Origin: Eledone cirrhosa
Taxonomy: Eukaryota
Assembly (NCBI GenBank): GCA_964016885.1
Contig: OZ024743.1
Location: 249,178,001 to 249,242,000, forward strand
Length of the DNA stretch: 64,000 nucleotides
Direction of reading: 5' to 3'
Shown in pieces: positions 30,401 through 45,400 of the stretch; positions within the stretch are counted from its first letter, which is position 1, and each line of letters begins with the position of its first letter. Position numbers and translations under genes: made by a program. Under the pieces are notes generated by a model that had not been told where the DNA came from, did not search any database, and worked only from the letters and a program-made list of their open reading frames with translations.

Positions 30401-33400
30401 TACATAGACAACAGTAATATGTTAACTACATAGACACAGTAATGTGTTAACTACATAGGCAACAGTAATATGTTAACTACATAGGCAACAGTAAAGTGTT
30501 AACTACATAGGCAACAGTAATATGTTAACTACATAGACAACAGTAATGTGTTAAGTACATAGACAACAGTAATGTGTTAACTACATAGACAACAGTAATG
30601 TGTTAACTACATAGACAACAGTAAAGTGTTAACTACATAGGCAACAGTAATGTGTTAACTACATAGACAACAGTAATATGTAAACTACATAGGCAACAGT
30701 AATGTGTTAACTACATAGGCAACAGTAAAGTGTTAACTACATAGACAACAGTAAAGTGTTAACTACATAGGCAACAGTAATGTGTTAACTACATAGGCAA
30801 CAGTAATGTGTTAACTACATAGACAACAGTAATGTGTTAACTACATAGGCAACAGTAATGTGTTAACTACATAGACAACAGTAAAGCGTTAACTACATAG
30901 ACAACAGTAATGTGTTAACTACATAGACAACAGTAAAGTGTTAACTAAATAGACAACAGTAATATGTTAACTACATAGACAGCAGTAATATGTTAACTAC
31001 ATAGACAACAGTAATATGTTATCTACATAGGCAACAGTAATGTGATGTCTATATAGGCATAAGTAATGTGTTAACTACATAGACAACAGTAATGTGTTAA
31101 CTACATAGACAACAGTAATGTGTTAACTACATAGGCAACAGTAAAGTGTTAACTACATAGGCAACAGTAATGTGTTAACTACATAGAGAACAGTAATATG
31201 TTAACTACATAGGCAACAGTGATGTGTTAACTACATAGACAACAGTAATATGTTAACTACATAGACAACTGTAATGTGTTAACTACATAGACAACTGTAA
31301 TGTGTTAACTACATAGACAACAGTAATATGTTAACTACATAGACAACAGTAAAATGTTAACTACATAGGCAACAGTAATGTGTTACCTACATAGGCAAGA
31401 GTGATGTGTTAACTACATAGACAACAGTAATATGTTAACTACATAGACAACAGTAAAGTTTTAACTACATACGCAACAGTAATGTGTTAACTACATAGAC
31501 AAGAGTAATGTGTTAACCACATAGACAACAGTAATGTGTTAACTACATAGGCAACAGTAATGTGTTAACTACATAGGCAACTATAATATGTTAACTACAT
31601 AGAGAACAGTAATATGTTAACTACATAGACAACAGTAATGTGTTAACTACATAGACAACAGTAATGTGTTAACTACATAGGCAACAGTAATGTGTTAACT
31701 ACATAGGCAACAATAATGTGTTAACTACATAGACAACAGTAATGAGTTAACTACATAGGCAACTGTAATATGTTAACTACATAGACAACAGTAATGTGTT
31801 AACTACATAGACAACAGTAATATGTTAACTACATAGACAACAGTAATATGTTAACTACATAGACAACAGTAATATGTTAACTACATAGGCAACAGTAATG
31901 TGATGGCTATATAGGCATAAGTAATGTGTTAACTACATAGACAACAGTAATGAGTTAACTACATAGGCAACAGTAATATGTTAACTACATAGACAACAGT
32001 AATATGTTAACTACATAGACAACAGTAATGTGTTGACTCCATAGGCAACAGTAATGTGTTACCTACATAGACAACTGTAATGTGTTAACTACATAGACAA
32101 CAGTAATATGTTAACTACATAGACAACTGTAATGTGTTAACTACATAGGCAACAGTAATGTGTTAACTACATAGACAGCTGTAATGTGTTAACTACATAG
32201 GCAACAGTAATGTGTTAACTACATATACAACAGTAATATGTTGACTACATAGACAACTGTAATGTGTTAACTACATAGGCAACAGTAATGTGTTAACTGC
32301 ATAGGCAACTGTAATATATTAACTACATAGACAACAGTAATATGTTAACTACATAGAAAACTGTAATGTGTTAACTACATAGGCAACAGTAATGTGTTAA
32401 CTACATAGACAACAGTAATATGTTAACTACATAGGCAACAATAATGTGTTAACTACATAGACACAGTAATGTGTTAACTACATAGGCAACAGTAATATGT
32501 TAACTACATAGGCAACAGTAAAGTGTTAACTACATAGGCAACAGTAATATGTTAACTACATAGACAACAGTAATGTGTTAAGTACATAGACAACAGTAAT
32601 GTGTGAAGTACATAGGCAACAGTAATGTGTTAACTACATAGACAACAGTAAAGTGTTAACTACATAGTCAACAGTAATGTGTTAACTACATAGGCAACAG
32701 TAATGTGATGTCTATATAGGCAATAGTAATGTGTTAACTACATAGACAACAGTAAAGTGTTAACTACATAGACAACAGTAATATCTTAACTACATAGACA
32801 ACAGTAATATGTTAACTACATAGACAACAGTAATGTGTTAACTACATAGGCAACTGTAATATGTTAACTACATAGACAACAGTAAAGTGTTAACTACATA
32901 GACAACAGTAATATGTTAACTACATAGACAACAGTAATATGTTAACTACATAGACAACAGTAATATGTTAACTACATAGGCAACAGTAATGTGATGTCTA
33001 TATAGGCATAAGTAATGTGTTAACTACATAGACAACAGTAATGTGTTAACTACATAGGCAACAGTAATATATTAACTACATGGGCAACAGTAAAGTGTTA
33101 ACTAAAGAGGCAACATTAATATGTTAACTACATAGACAACAGTAATGTGTTAAGTACATAGACAACAGTAATGTGTGAAGTACATAGACAACAGTAATGT
33201 GTGAAGTACATACACAACAGTAATGTGTTAACTACATAGGCAACAGTAATATGTTAACTACATAGGCAACTGTAATATGTTAACTACATAGACAACTGTA
33301 ATGTGTTAACTACATAGACAACAGTAATGTGTTAACTACATAGACAACAGTAAAGTGTTAACTACATAGGCAACAGTAATGTGTTAACTACATAGACAAC

Positions 33401-35300
33401 AGTAATATGTAAACTACATAGGCAACGGTAACGTGTTAACTACATAGGCAACAGTAAAGTGTTAACTACATAGGCAACAGTAAAGTGTTAACTACATAGA
33501 CAACTGTAATGTGTTAACTACATAGGCAACAGTAATGTGTTACCTACATAGACAGCTGTAATGTGTTAACTACATAGGCAACAGTAATGTGTTAACTACA
33601 TATACAACAGTAATATGTTGACTACATAGACAAATGTAATGTGTTAACTACATAGGCAACAGTAATGTGTTAACTGCATAGGCAACTGTAATATATTAAC
33701 TACATAGACAACAGTAATATGTTAACTACATAGAAAACTGTAATGTGTTAACTACATAGGCAACAGTAATGTGTTAACTACATAGACAACAGTAATATGT
33801 TAACTACATAGGCAACAATAATGTGTGATCTACATAGACACAGTAATGTGTTAACTACATAGGCAACAGTAATATGTTAACTACATAGGCAACAGTAAAG
33901 TGTTAACTACATAGGATACAGTAATATGTTAACTACATAGACAACAGTAATGTGTTAAGTACATAGACAACAGTAATGTGTTAACTACATAGACAACAGT
34001 AATGTGTTAACTACATAGACAACAGTAAAGTGTTAACTACATAGGCAACAGTAATGTGTTAACTACATAGACAACAGTAATATGTAAACTACATAGGCAA
34101 CAGTAATGTGTTAACTACATAGGCAACAGTAAAGTGTTAACTACATAGGCAACAGTAAAGTGTTAACTACATAGGCAACAGTAATGTGTTAACTACATAG
34201 GCAACAGTAATGTGTTAACTACATAGACAACAGTAATGTGTCAACTACATAGGCAACAGTAATGTGTTAACTACATAGACAACAGTAAAGCGTTAACTAC
34301 ACAGACAACAGTAATGTGTTAACTACATAGACAACAGTAAAGTGTTAACTACATAGACAACAGTAATATGTTAACTACATAGACAGCAGTAATATGTTAA
34401 CTACATAGACAACAGTAATATGTTAACTACATAGGCAACAGTAATGTGATGTCTATATAGGCATAAGTAATGTGTTAACTACATAGACAACATTAATGTG
34501 TTAACTACATGGACAACAGTAATGTGTTAACTACATAAGCAACAGTAAAGTGTTAACTACATAGGCAACAGTAATGTGTTAACTACATAGAGAACAGTAA
34601 TATGTTAACTACATAGGCAACAGTGATGTGTTAACTACATAGACAACAGTAATATGTTAACTACATAGACAACTGTAATGTGTTAACTACATAGACAACT
34701 GTAATGTGTTAACTACATAGACAACAGTAATATGTTAACTACATAGACAACAGTAAAGTGTTAACTACATAGGCAACAGTAATGTGTTAACTACATAGGC
34801 AAGAGTGATGTGTTAACTACATAGACAACAGTAATATGTTAACTACATAGACAACAGTAAAGTGCTAACTACATACGCAACAGTAATGTGTTAACTACAT
34901 AGGCAACTATAATATGTTAACTACATAGAGAACAGTAATATGTTAACTACATAGACAACAGTAATGTGTTAACTACATAGATAACAGTAATGTGTTAACT
35001 ACATAGGCAACAGTAATGTGTTAACTACATAGGCAACAATAATGTGTTAACTACATAGACAACAGTAATGAGTTAACTACATAGGCAACTGTAATATATT
35101 AACTACATAGACAACAGTAATGTGTTAACTACATAGACAACAGTAATATGTTAAGTACATAGACAACAGTAATATGTTAACTACATAGACAACAGTAATA
35201 TGCTAACTACATAGGCAACAGTAATGTGATGGCTATATAGGCATAAGTAATGTGTTACCTACATAGACAGCTGTAATGTGTTAACTACATAGACAACAGT
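490..35300 (+). repeat. Higher-order repeat domain A, irregular period ~3.1-3.46 kb (typically 127-133 monomers)
   Basis: Marker GATGGCTATATAGGCATAAG at 2521, 5873, 9302, 12757, 19407, 22707, 23071, 26188, 31902, 35228 (spacings 3352, 3429, 3455, 6650, 3300, 364, 3117, 5714, 3326). The order of other rare variants (GACTCCAT, TTACCTAC, ATACTAC, GTGGTAAC, AAAGCGTT, TAACCAC) is conserved between units. Confidence 0.9.
26380..30900 (+). repeat. Tandem duplication of a truncated HOR, ~2.3-kb unit (89 monomers)
   Basis: Offset 2311 (89x26-3) for ATACTAC 26511/28822 and GACACAGT 26953/29264. The offset drops to 2207 (4 monomers lost) at GACACAGT 28226/30433. Confidence 0.85.
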
Positions 35301-38300
35301 AATATTTTAACTACATAGGCAACAATAATGTGTTAACTACATAGACACAGGAATGTGTTAACTACATAGGCAACAGTAATATGTTAACTACATAGGCAAC
35401 AGTATAGTGTTAACTACATAGGCAACAGTAATATATTAACTACATAGACAACAGTAATGTGTTAAGTACATAGACAACAGTAATGTTTGAAGTACATAGA
35501 CAGCTGTAATGTGTTAACTACATAGGCAACAGTAATGTGTTAACTACATATACAACAGTAATATGTTGACTACATAGACAACAGTAATATGTTAACTACA
35601 TAGACAACAGTAATGTGTTGACTCCATAGGCAACAGTAATGTATTACCTACATAGACAACTGTAATGTGTTAACTACATAGGCAACAGTAATGTGTTAAC
35701 TACATAGACAGCTGTAATGTGTTAACTACATAGGCAACAGTAATGTGTTAACTACATATACAACAGTAATATGTTGACTACATAGACAACTGTAATGTGT
35801 TAACTACATAGGCAACAGTAATGTGTTAACTACATAGACAACTGTAATGTGTTAACTACATAGGCAACAGTAATGTGTTAACTGCATAGGCAACTGTAAT
35901 ATATTAACTACATAGACAACAGTAATATGTTAACTACATAGAAAACTGTAATGTGTTAACTACATAGGCAACAGTAATGTGTTAACTGCATAGGCAACTG
36001 TAATATATTAACTACATAGACAACAGTAATATGTTAACTACATAGAAAACTGTAATGTGTTAACTACATAGGCAACAGTAATGTGTTAACTACATAGACA
36101 ACAGTAATATGTTAACTACATAGGCAACAATAATGTGTTAACTACATAGACACAGTAATGTGTTAACTACATAGGCAACAGTAATATGTTAACTACATAG
36201 ACAACAGTAAAGTGTTAACTACATAGGCAACAGTAAAGTGTTAACTACATAGGCAACAGTAATATATTAACTACATAGACAACAGTAATGTGTTAAGTAC
36301 ATAGACAACAGTAATGTGTGAAGTACATAGGCAACAGTAATGTGTTAACTACATAGACAACAGTAAAGTGTTAACTACATAGTCAACAGTAATGTGTTAA
36401 CTACATAGGCAACAGTAATGTGATGTCTATATAGGCAACAGTAATGTGTGAAGTACATAGACAACAGTAATGTGTTAACCACATAGGCAACAGTAATGTA
36501 TTAACTACATAGACAACAGTAATGTGTTAACTACATAGGCAACAGTAATGTGTTAGCTACACAGACAACAGTAACGTGTTAACTACATAGGCAACCGTAA
36601 TGTGTTAACTACATAGACAACAGTAAAGTGTTAACTACATAGTCAACAGTAATGTGTTAACTACATAGGCAACAGTAATGTGATGTCTATATAGGCAATA
36701 GTAATGTGTTAACTACATAGACAACAGTAAAGTGTTAACTACATAGACAACAGTAATATGTTAACTACATAGACAACAGTAATATGTTAACTACATAGAC
36801 AACAGTAATGTGTTAACTACATAGGCAACTGTAATATGTTAACTACATAGACAACAGTAAAGTGTTAACTACATAGACAACAGTAATATGTTAACTACAT
36901 AGACAACAGTAATATGTTAACTACATAGACAACAGTAATATGTTAACTACATAGGCAACAGTAATGTGATGTCTATATAGGCATAAGTAATGTGTTAACT
37001 ACATAGACAACAGTAATGTGTTAACTACATAGGCAACAGTAATATATTAACTACATGGGCAACAGTAAAGTGTTAACTACATAGGCAACATTAATATGTT
37101 AACTACATAGACAACAGTAATGTGTTAAGTACATAGACAACAGTAATGTGTGAAGTACATAGACAACAGTGATGTGTGAAGTACATACACAACAGTAATG
37201 TGTTAACTACATAGGCAACAGTAATATATTAACTACATAGGCAACTGTAATATGTTAACTACATAGACAACTGTAATGTGTTAACTACATAGACAACAGT
37301 AATGTATTAACTACATAGACAACAGTAAAGTGTTAACTACATAGGCAACAGTAATGTGTTAACTACATAGACAACAGTAATATGTAAACTACATAGGCAA
37401 CAGTAATGTGTTAACTACATAGGCAACAGTAAAGTGTTAACTACATAGGCAACAGTAAAGTGTTAACTACATAGACAACTGTAATGTGTTAACTACATAG
37501 GCAACAGTAATGTGTTAACTACATAGACAGCTGTAATGTGTTAACTACATAGGCAACAGTAATGTGTTAACTACATATACAACAGTAATATGTTGACTAC
37601 ATAGACAACTGTAATGTGTTAACTACATAGGCAACAGTAATGTGTTAACTACATAGGCAACTGTAATATGTTAACTACATAGACAACTGTAATGTGTTAA
37701 CTACATAGACAACAGTAATGTATTAACTACATAGACAACAGTAAAGTGTTAACTACATAGGCAACAGTAATGTGTTAACTACATAGACAACAGTAATATG
37801 TAAACTACATAGGCAACAGTAATGTGTTAACTACATAGGCAACAGTAAAGTGTTAACTACATAGGCAACAGTAAAGTGTTAACTACATAGACAACTGTAA
37901 TGTGTTAACTACATAGGCAACAGTAATGTGTTAACTACATAGACAGCTGTAATGTGTTAACTACATAGGCAACAGTAATGTGTTAACTACATATACAACA
38001 GTAATATGTTGACTACATAGACAACTGTAATGTGTTAACTACATAGGCAACAGTAATGTGTTAACTACATAGGCAACTGTAATATATTAACTACATAGAC
38101 AACAGTAATATGTTAACTACATAGACAACAGCAATGTGTTAACTACATAGGCAACAGTAATGTGTTAACTACATAGACAACAGTAATATGTTAACTACAT
38201 AGACAACAGTAATGTGTTAACTACATAGACAACAGTAATGTGTTAACTACATAGACAACTGTAATGTGTTAACTACATAGACAACAGTAATATGTTAACT

Positions 38301-39499
38301 ACATAGACAACTGTAATGTGTTAACTACATAGGCAACAGTAATGTGTTAACTACATAGACAACTGTAATGTGTTAAGTACATAGGCGACAGTAATGTGTT
38401 AACTACATAGACAACAGTAATATGTTGACTACATAGACAACTGTAATGTGTTAACTACATAGGCAACAGTAATGTGTTAACTGCATAGGCAACTGTAATA
38501 TATTAACTACATAGACAACAGTAATATGTTAACTACATAGAAAACTGTAACGTGTTAACTACATAGGCAACAGTAATGTGTTAACTACATAGACAACAGT
38601 AATATGTTAACTACATAGGCAACAATAATGTGTTAACTACATAGACACAGTAATGTGTTAACTACATAGGCAACAGTAATATGTTAACTACATAGGCAAC
38701 AGTAAAGTGTTAACTACATAGGCAACAGTAATATGTTAACTACATAGACAACAGTAATGTGTTAAGTACATAGACAACAGTAATGTGTGAAGTACATAGA
38801 CAACAGTAATGTGTAAACCACATAGGCAACAGTAATGTATTAACTACAAAGACAACAGTAATGTGTTAACTACATAGGCAACAGTAATGTGATGTCTATA
38901 TAGGCAATAGTAATGTGTTAACTACATAGACAACAGTAAAGTGTTAACTACATAGACAACAGTAATATGTTAACTACATAGACAACAGTAATATGTTAAC
39001 TACATAGACAACAGTAATGTGTTAACTACATAGGCAACTGTAATATGTTAACTACATAGACAACAGTAAAGTGTTAACTACATAGACAACAGTAATATGT
39101 TAACTACATAGACAACAGTAATATGTTAACTACATAGACAACAGTAATATGTTAACTACATAGGCAACAGTAATGTGATGTCTATATAGGCATAAGTAAT
39201 GTGTGAAGTACATAGACAACAGTAATGTGTGAAGTACATACACAACAGTAATGTGTTAACTACATAGGCAACAGTAATATGTTAACTACATAGGCAACTG
39301 TAATATGTTAACTACATAGACAACTGTAATGTGTTAACTACATAGACAACAGTAATGTGTTAACTACATAGACAACAGTAAAGTGTTAACTACATAGGCA
39401 ACAGTAATGTGTTAACTACATAGGCAACAGTAAAGTGTTAACTACATAGGCAACAGTAAAGTGTTAACTACATAGGCAACAGTAATGTGTTAACTACAT

Positions 39500-42400
39500 A
39501 GGCAACAGTAATGTGTTAACTACATAGACAACAGTAATGTGTTAACTACATACGCAACAGTAATGTGTTAACTACATAGACAACAGTAAAGCGTTAACTA
39601 CATACACAACAGTAATGTGTTAACTACATAGACAACAGTAAAGTGTTAACTACATCGACAACAGTAATATGTTAACTACATAGACAGCAGTAATATGTTA
39701 ACTACATAGACAACAGTAATATGTTAACTACATAGGCAACAGTAATGTGATGTCTATATAGGCATAAGTAATATGTTAACTACATAGACAACAGTAATGT
39801 GTTAACTACATAGACAACAGTAATGTGTTAACTACATAGAGAACAGTAATATGTTAACTACATAGGCAACAGTGATGTGTTAACTACATAGACAACAGTA
39901 ATATGTTAACTACATAGACTACAGTAATGTGTTAACTACATAGACAACAGTAATGTGTTAACTACATAGGCAACAGTAATGTGTTAACTACATAGGCAAC
40001 AATAATGTTTTAACTACATAGATAACAGTAATGAGTTAACTACATAGGCAACTGTAATATGTTAACTACATAGACAACAGTAATATGTTAACTACATAGA
40101 CAACAGTAATATGTTAACTACATAGACAACAGTAATATGTTAACTACATAGGCAACAGTAATGTGATGTCTATATAGGCATAAGTAATGTGTTAACTACA
40201 TAGGCAATAGTAAAGTGTTAACTACATAGGCAACAGTAATGTGTTAACTACATAGACAACAGTAATATGTAAACAACATAGGCAACAGTAATGTGTTAAC
40301 TACATAGGCAACAGTAAAGTGTTAACTACATAGGCAACAGTAAAGTGTTAACTACATAGGCAACAGTAATGTGTTAACTACATAGGCAACAGTAATGTGT
40401 TAACTACATAGACAACAATAATGTGTTAACTACATAGGCAACAGTAATGTGTTAACTACATAGACAACAGTAAAGCGTTAACTACATAGACAACAGTAAT
40501 GTGTTAACTACATAGACAACAGTAAAGTGTTAACTACATCGACAACAGTAATATGTTAACTACATAGACAGCAGTAATATGTTAACTACATAGACAACAG
40601 TAATATGTTAACTAGATAGGCAACAGTAATGTGATGTCTATATAGGCATAAGTAATGTCTTAACTACATAGACAACAGTAATGTGTTAACTACATAGACA
40701 ACAGTAATGTGTTAACTACATAGGCAACAGTAAAGTGTTAACTACATAGGCAACAGTAATGTGTTAACTACATAGACAACTGTAATGTGTTAACTACATA
40801 GACAACTGTAATGTGTTAACTACATAGACAACAGTAATATGTTAACTACATATGCAACTATAATATGTTAACTACATGGACAACTGTAATGTGTTAACTA
40901 CATAGACAACAGTAATATGTTAACTACATATGCAACTATAATATGTTAACTACATAGACAACAGTAAAGTGTTAACTACATAGGCAACAGTAATGTGTTA
41001 ACTACATAGGCAACAGTGATGTGTTAACTACAAACACAACAGTAATATGTTAACTACATAGACAACAGTAAGGTGTTAACTACATACGCAACAGTAATGT
41101 GTTAACTACATAGGCAACAGTAATGTGTTAACTACATATGCAACTATAATATGTTAACTACATAGACAACTGTAATATGTTAACTACATAGACAACAGTA
41201 ATGAGTTAACTACATAGGCAACTGTAATATGTTAACTACATAGACAACAGTAATGTGTTAACTACATAGACAACAGTAATATGTTAACTACATAGACAAC
41301 AGTAATATGTTAACTACATAGACAACAGTAATATGTTAACTACATAGGCAACAGTAATGTGATGTCTATATAGGCATAAGTAATGTGTTAACTACATAGA
41401 CAACAGTAATGTGTTAACTACATAGGCAACAGTAAAGTGTTAACTACATAGGCAACAGTAATGTGTTAACTACATAGACAACAGTAATATGTTAACTATA
41501 TAGACAACAGTAATGTGTTAACTACATAGACAACAGTAATGTGTTAACTACATAGGCAACAGTAATGTGTTAACTACATAGGCAACAGTGATGTGTTAAG
41601 TACATAGACAACAGTAATATGTTAACTACATAGACAACAGTAATGTGTTGACTCCATGGGCGACAGTAATGTGTTACCTACATAGACAACTGTAATGTGT
41701 TAACTACATAGACAACAGTAATATGTTAACTACATAGACAACTGTAATGTGTTAAATACATAGGCAACAGTAATGTGTTAACTACATAGACAGCTGTAAT
41801 GTGTTAACTACATAGGCAACAGTAATGTGTTAACTACATAGACAACAGTAATATGTTGACTACATAGACAACAGTAATGTGTTAACTACATAGACAACTG
41901 TAATGTGTTAACTACATAGGCAACAGTAATGTGTTAACTATATATACAACAGTAATATGTTGACTACATAGACAACTGTAATGTGTTAACTACATAGGCA
42001 ACAGTAATGTGTTAACTACATAGGCAACTGTAATATATTAACTACATAGAAAACAGTAATATGTTAACTACATAGACAACAGTAATGTGTTAGCTACATA
42101 GGCAACGGTAATGGGTTAACTACATAGACAACAGTAATGTGTTAACTACATAGGCAACAGTAATGTGTTAACTACATAGGCAACTATAATATGTTAACTA
42201 CATAGAGAACAGTAATATGTTAACTACATAGACAACAGTAATGTGTTAACTACATAGACAACAGTAATGTGTTAACTACATAGGCAACAGTAATGTGTTA
42301 ACTAAATAGGCAACAATAATGTGTTAACTACATAGACAACAGTAATGAGTTAACTACATAGGCAACTGTAATATGTTAACTACATAGACAACAGTAATGT

Positions 42401-45400
42401 GTTAACTACATAGACAACAGTAATATGTTAACTACATAGACAACAGTAATATGTTAACTACATAGACAACAGTAATATGTTAACTACATAGGCAACAGTA
42501 ATGTGATGGCTATATAGGCATAAGTAATGTGTTAACTACATAGACAACAGTAATGAGTTAACTACATAGGCAACAGTAATATGTTAACTACATAGACAAC
42601 AGTAATATGTTAACTACATAGACAACAGTAATGTGTTGACTCCATAGGCAACAGTAATGTGTTACCTACATAGACAACTGTAATGTGTTAACTACATAGA
42701 CAACAGTAATATGTTAACTACATAGACAACTGTAATGTGTTAACTACATAGGCAACAGTAATATGTTAACTACATAGACAGCTGTAATGTGTTAACTACA
42801 TAGGCAACAGTAATGTGTTAACTACATATACAACAGTAATATTTTGACTACATAGACAACTGTAATGTGTTAACTACATAGGCAACAGTAATGTGTTAAC
42901 TGCATAGGCAACTGTAATATATTAACTACATAGACAACAGTAATATGTTAACTACATAGAAAACTGTAATGTGTTAACTACATAGGCAACAGTAATGTGT
43001 TAACTACATAGACAACAGTAATATGTTAACTACATAGGCAACAATAATGTGTTAACTACATAGACACAGTAATGTGTTAACTACATAGGCAACAGTAAAG
43101 TGTTAACTACATAGGCAACAGTAATATGTTAACTACATAGACAACAGTAATGTGTTAAGTACATAGACAACAGTAATGTGTGAAGTACATAGGCAACAGT
43201 AATATGTTAACTACATAGGCAACAGTAAAGTGTTAACTACATAGGCAACAGTAATATGTTAACTACATAGACAACAGTAATGTGTTAAGTACATAGACAA
43301 CAGTAATGTGTGAAGTACATAGGCAACAGTAATGTGTTAACTACATAGACAACAGTAAAGTGTTAACTACATAGTCAACAGTAATGTGTTAACTACATAG
43401 GCAACAGTAATGTGATGTCTATATAGGCAATAGTAATGTGTTAACTACATAGACAACAGTAAAGTGTTAACTACATAGACAACAGTAATATGTTAACTAC
43501 ATAGACAACAGTAATATGTTAACTACATAGACAACAGTAATGTGTTAACTACACAGGCAACTGTAATATGTTAACTACATAGACAACAGTAAAGTGTTAA
43601 CTACATAGACAACAGTAATATGTTAACTACATAGACAACAGTAATATGTTAACTACATAGACAACAGTAATATGTTAACTACATAGGCAACAGTAATGTG
43701 ATGTCTATATAGGCATAAGTAATGTGTTAACTACATAGACAACAGTAATGTGTTGACTACATAGGCAACAGTAATATATTAACTACATGGGCAACAGTAA
43801 AGTGTTAACTATATAGGCAACATTAATATGTTAACTACATAGACAACAGTAATGTGTTAAGTACATAGACAACAGTAATGTGTGAAGTACATAGACAACA
43901 GTAATGTGTGAAGTACATACACAACAGTAATGTGTTAACTACATAGGCAACAGTAATATGTTAACTACATAGGCAACTGTAATATGTTAACTACATAGAC
44001 AACTGTAATGTGTTAACTACATAGGCAACGGTAACGTGTTAACTACATAGGCAACAGTAAAGTGTTAACTACATAGGCAACAGTAAAGTGTTAACTACAT
44101 AGACAACTGTAATGTGTTAACTACATAGGCAACAGTAATGTGTTACCTACATAGACAGCTGTAATGTGTTAACTACATAGGCAACAGTAATGTGTTAACT
44201 ACATATACAACAGTAATATGTTGACTACATAGACAAATGTAATGTGTTAACTACATAGGCAACAGTAATGTGTTAACTGCATAGGCAACTGTAATATATT
44301 AACTACATAGACAACAGTAATATGTTAACTACATAGAAAACTGTAATGTGTTAACTACATAGGCAACAGTAATGTGTTAACTACATAGACAACAGTAATA
44401 TGTTAACTACATAGGCAACAATAATGTGTTAACTACATAGACACAGTAATGTGTTAACTACATAGGCAACAGTAATATGTTAACTACATAGGCAACAGTA
44501 AAGTGTTAACTACATAGGATACAGTAATATGTTAACTACATAGACAACAGTAATGTGTTAAGTACATAGACAACAGTAATGTGTTAACTACATAGACAAC
44601 AGTAATGTGTTAACTACATAGACAACAGTAAAGTGTTAACTACATAGGCAACAGTAATGTGTTAACTACATAGACAACAGTAATATGTAAACTACATAGG
44701 CAACAGTAATGTGTTAACTACATATGCAACAGTAAAGTGTTAACTACATAGGCAACAGTAAAGTGTTAACTACATAGGCAACAGTAATGTGTTAACTACA
44801 TAGGCAACAGTAATGTGTTAACTACATAGACAACAGTAATGTGTTAACTACATAGGCAACAGTAATGTGTTAACTACATAGACAACAGTAAAGCGTTAAC
44901 TACACAGACAACAGTAATGTGTTAACTACATAGACAACAGTAAAGTGTTAACTACATAGACAACAGTAATATGTTAACTACATAGACAGCAGTAATATGT
45001 TAACTACATAGACAACAGTAATATGTTAACTACATAGGCAACAGTAATGTGATGTCTATATAGGCATAAGTAATGTGTTAACTACATAGACAACAGTAAT
45101 GTGTTAACTACATGGACAACAGTAATGTGTTAACTACATAAGCAACAGTAAAGTGTTAACTACATAGGCAACAGTAATGTGTTAACTACATAGAGAACAG
45201 TAATATGTTAACTACATAGGCAACAGTGATGTGTTAACTACATAGACAACAGTAATATGTTAACTACATAGACAACTGTAATGTGTTAACTACATAGACA
45301 ACTGTAATGTGTTAACTACATAGACAACAGTAATATGTTAACTACATAGACAACAGTAAAGTGTTAACTACATAGGCAACAGTAATGTGTTAACTACATA

